A stretch of DNA of 39,250 nucleotides, from the NCBI RefSeq assembly GCF_001194135.2, contig NC_069002.1, positions 16,748,523 through 16,787,772 of the forward strand. The letters run 5' to 3'. The DNA is from Octopus bimaculoides (Eukaryota). The notes beneath the pieces are model-generated. The model did not search any database. It worked only from the letters and a program-made list of their open reading frames with translations, and was not told the origin of the DNA. Positions 36,229-39,250 of this stretch are shown here, one piece after another (the stretch's first letter is position 1; each line of letters starts with the position of its first letter). The translations under genes and the position numbers were made by a program.

Positions 36229-36985
36229 CAGGCATACCTCGGCTTAAGTTGTTTCGATTTAAGTCGTTCTCCATTTTACGTCGTTTTTCAAAAATAATAC
36301 ATGGAAAAATAATAAAGTTAAGTCATTTTACTCGATTTTACGTCTGTCCGCCCCAAATATTGGAATCGTAAAATCACTTGAAAACCATTAAAAGCAGATC
36401 AAATTATGTTACTGTACAATAAATAAGGATAAAGGCATATAAAATCATATTAAGATATGTACAGTAAATGTTACGATACACACCATAAAGTAATGTAGCT
36501 TAGTGAACGAAATCATGAAATCAGCTGCGTTGTCTTATATATCGACCTTTCGGAGCTAATATTGCACTGCAGTTCCAATATCTACAGTTAGACGTCGTTG
36601 TCACTCACGATTCCCGTGACTGTTTTGAATTCAGATTTGTTTACGTCTGTTTATCGGCTACTTACTCATTCTCATTCATTTATGACTTTATTTTTTGCCC
36701 CCATGGCTCCTAAGAAAATTCATAGTGAAAGTGCTAAACGGCATGCTATAACGCAGGAAGATAAACTGGCTATGATAAAACGCCATGAAAAAGGTGAAAA
36801 AGTGGTAGCGATTGCATGATCTTTTGGAGCGAGTCAAGCAACTGTATCGACGATTGTACATAAGGACAAGAGTTTAACACATATCAAATCTGAAGCCCTA
36901 GGGATGAAAGACACTGTCATTAATAGGTTTAGCCTAGAGACGAGTAAATTCGACCTAGCCTAGCCTAGAGAAAGTTAATTCGACT
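36229..36985 (+). mobile_element. Tigger/pogo-family DNA transposon, 5' portion (rest in gap)
   Basis: It starts TA|CAGGCATACCTCG, the terminal sequence I recall for Tigger1-like elements, and is followed by a transposase N-terminus. Confidence 0.85.
36703..36930 (+). pseudogene. Tigger/pogo transposase N-terminal CENP-B/psq-type HTH, interrupted by a stop
   Basis: MAPKKIHSESAKRHAITQEDKLAMIKRHEKGEKVVAIA*SFGASQATVSTIVHKDK fits the pattern IT.E.KL..IKR.E.GE....IAR..G...STV.TI. The stop is TGA at 36817-36819, probably from CGA. Confidence 0.85.
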
Positions 36986-37519
36986 NNNNNNNNNNNNNNN
37001 NNNNNNNNNNNNNNNNNNNNNNNNNNNNNNNNNNNNNNNNNNNNNNNNNNNNNNNNNNNNNNNNNNNNNNNNNNNNNNNNNNNNNNNNNNNNNNNNNNNN
37101 NNNNNNNNNNNNNNNNNNNNNNNNNNNNNNNNNNNNNNNNNNNNNNNNNNNNNNNNNNNNNNNNNNNNNNNNNNNNNNNNNNNNNNNNNNNNNNNNNNNN
37201 NNNNNNNNNNNNNNNNNNNNNNNNNNNNNNNNNNNNNNNNNNNNNNNNNNNNNNNNNNNNNNNNNNNNNNNNNNNNNNNNNNNNNNNNNNNNNNNNNNNN
37301 NNNNNNNNNNNNNNNNNNNNNNNNNNNNNNNNNNNNNNNNNNNNNNNNNNNNNNNNNNNNNNNNNNNNNNNNNNNNNNNNNNNNNNNNNNNNNNNNNNNN
37401 NNNNNNNNNNNNNNNNNNNNNNNNNNNNNNNNNNNNNNNNNNNNNNNNNNNNNNNNNNNNNNNNNNNNNNNNNNNNNNNNNNNNNNNNNNNNNNNNNNNN
37501 NNNNNNNNNNNNNNNNNNN

Positions 37520-37551
<32 letters not shown>

Positions 37552-37568
37552 ATATATGTATTCATACC

Positions 37569-37613
<45 letters not shown>

Positions 37614-38029
37614 TTATAGATACATATATTTGTATATCTATAAATGTATAAAAACCTATATAAGCGTTTATATATATTATATGTATACATGAAATATCTA
37701 CTCACACACACACACACAAACACACACACACATACCCACACACACACAATTGTATATAAAACTCTATAGTATCGAGATAATGTGTTTAAAACAATGAATA
37801 ATAAGTGTATTTCAACTAAAACATGACATTTGAGAAGTTCATATCAGGAGGAATCTGGGAAGACTTCCCCTTAACCATGCTCTATACACTACATCACTCT
37901 TTACATATACACTCACATACACAAATATATATGTATATGTATGTATATATATATGTATATATTCATTTTGATATGTATATATATACACACAGATACATAC
38001 GCACACACACATATATAAACATACCTACC

Positions 38030-38063
<34 letters not shown>

Positions 38064-38101
38064 CATATATTTATATATATATGTATGTACTTATGCACGT
38101 A

Positions 38102-38150
<49 letters not shown>

Positions 38151-38379
38151 GTACGTATGTATGTATATGTCACCACATACGTACACACACGTATTCCTAT
38201 AACATGTCTCAATTTTCACCCAATACTGAGCTGTCGATATTTATACTCAAATGATTTTCATTTTTTTCTCGCTCACGTGACTCTGTCTCATATTTAATAT
38301 CTATCTCTTAAATGTAACCATGCATCAACCTTAAACATTTTCTCAAATTCGCCAGGATTATACCCGACATCCAACTCAT

Positions 38380-38439
38380 TTTCTTTAAATTACCAATCGT
38401 ATACCAATTTCTTTAAATTACCAGTCGTATAGCAATTTC
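38380..38439. repeat. 28-bp tandem duplication
   Basis: TTTCTTTAAATTACCA(A/G)TCGTATA(C/G)CAA at 38380 and 38408. Confidence 0.92.
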
Positions 38440-38499
38440 CGACATTAACTTTGGACTTGTGGACGTCACCTAGGAATTTACGATTTTGTTAAACCTTTC

Positions 38500-38537
<38 letters not shown>

Positions 38538-39208
38538 CATAAATATATATATTTATGTATGTATGTATGTATGTATGTATGTATGTATGTATGTATATAT
38601 ATGTGTGTGTGTGTGTGTATATATATACATTTATATGTATATATATATGTACGTATATATATATATGATTATATACTCATTGTAAATAAATTTGTAACAT
38701 AAAAGATTTACATTTATCTATATGTACCCGTCTTCGATTATACACACATGAGCGCGTTCAAATAATGGTTCAAGTAAAGCAAATTACCTCGGCCAACAAT
38801 ATGTTCTACACTACTTTTATATAAGTCCTTTTCTCTTGTTTGCTGGAAATAAGGTCAACAGTTATCCTTATGACGGCTATTGAGTCAGAAACATGTCCTC
38901 TTATCTCCAGGAAAGCAGCCTATCCTTTTCTTTAATGACATACCGACTTTGGAGTTTTGTTGATACTTGAAATTATCTCCCTTCTAGACATTTAGTTACT
39001 ATGATACATGCTCTAAAGATAGAAATAATTTTAATAAATCAGGAGCTTACGTAGTATAGTAGTTGATATACCTGTCTTTCTCTCTCTCCTTCTCCCTATA
39101 TATATATATATATGTATGTATGTATATATATATATATATATACTCATATATATACATATACATATATATACATACATATGCATATATACATGTACATGTG
39201 TGTATATA

Positions 39209-39250
<42 letters not shown>

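Overview
This is eukaryotic, AT-rich, repeat-dominated DNA with no host protein-coding gene, rRNA or tRNA gene that I can support. Roughly 15% is N-gaps, most of them flanked by microsatellites, and nearly all listed ORFs are translations of microsatellites or gaps. The tRNA-derived SINE families and extreme microsatellite load look like an Octopus (coleoid cephalopod) short-read scaffold; this is recognition from memory, not a database result. Recognisable content: (1) a 5'-truncated, decayed Penelope-like retroelement (RT C-terminus, Cys-rich linker, GIY-YIG endonuclease) at ~7730-8693, followed by a pLTR-like segment with a degenerate minimal hammerhead-ribozyme core, plus a second solo pLTR-like copy at ~36020-36160; (2) six or seven decayed fragments of R4/Dong-type non-LTR retrotransposons (RT and restriction-like endonuclease), several abutting trinucleotide microsatellites; (3) about 20 SINE copies or fragments from about four families (informal labels A-D), including a split copy, a chimera, a copy with a 16-bp TSD and a dimer with a 17-bp TSD; (4) a hAT-type MITE, a Tc1/mariner-type MITE and the 5' end of a Tigger/pogo transposon; (5) a perfect 59-bp palindrome and a ~340-bp fold-back element. 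I found no convincing novel multi-gene system. The best leads are small RNA and DNA structures tied to Penelope elements and the modular SINEs.
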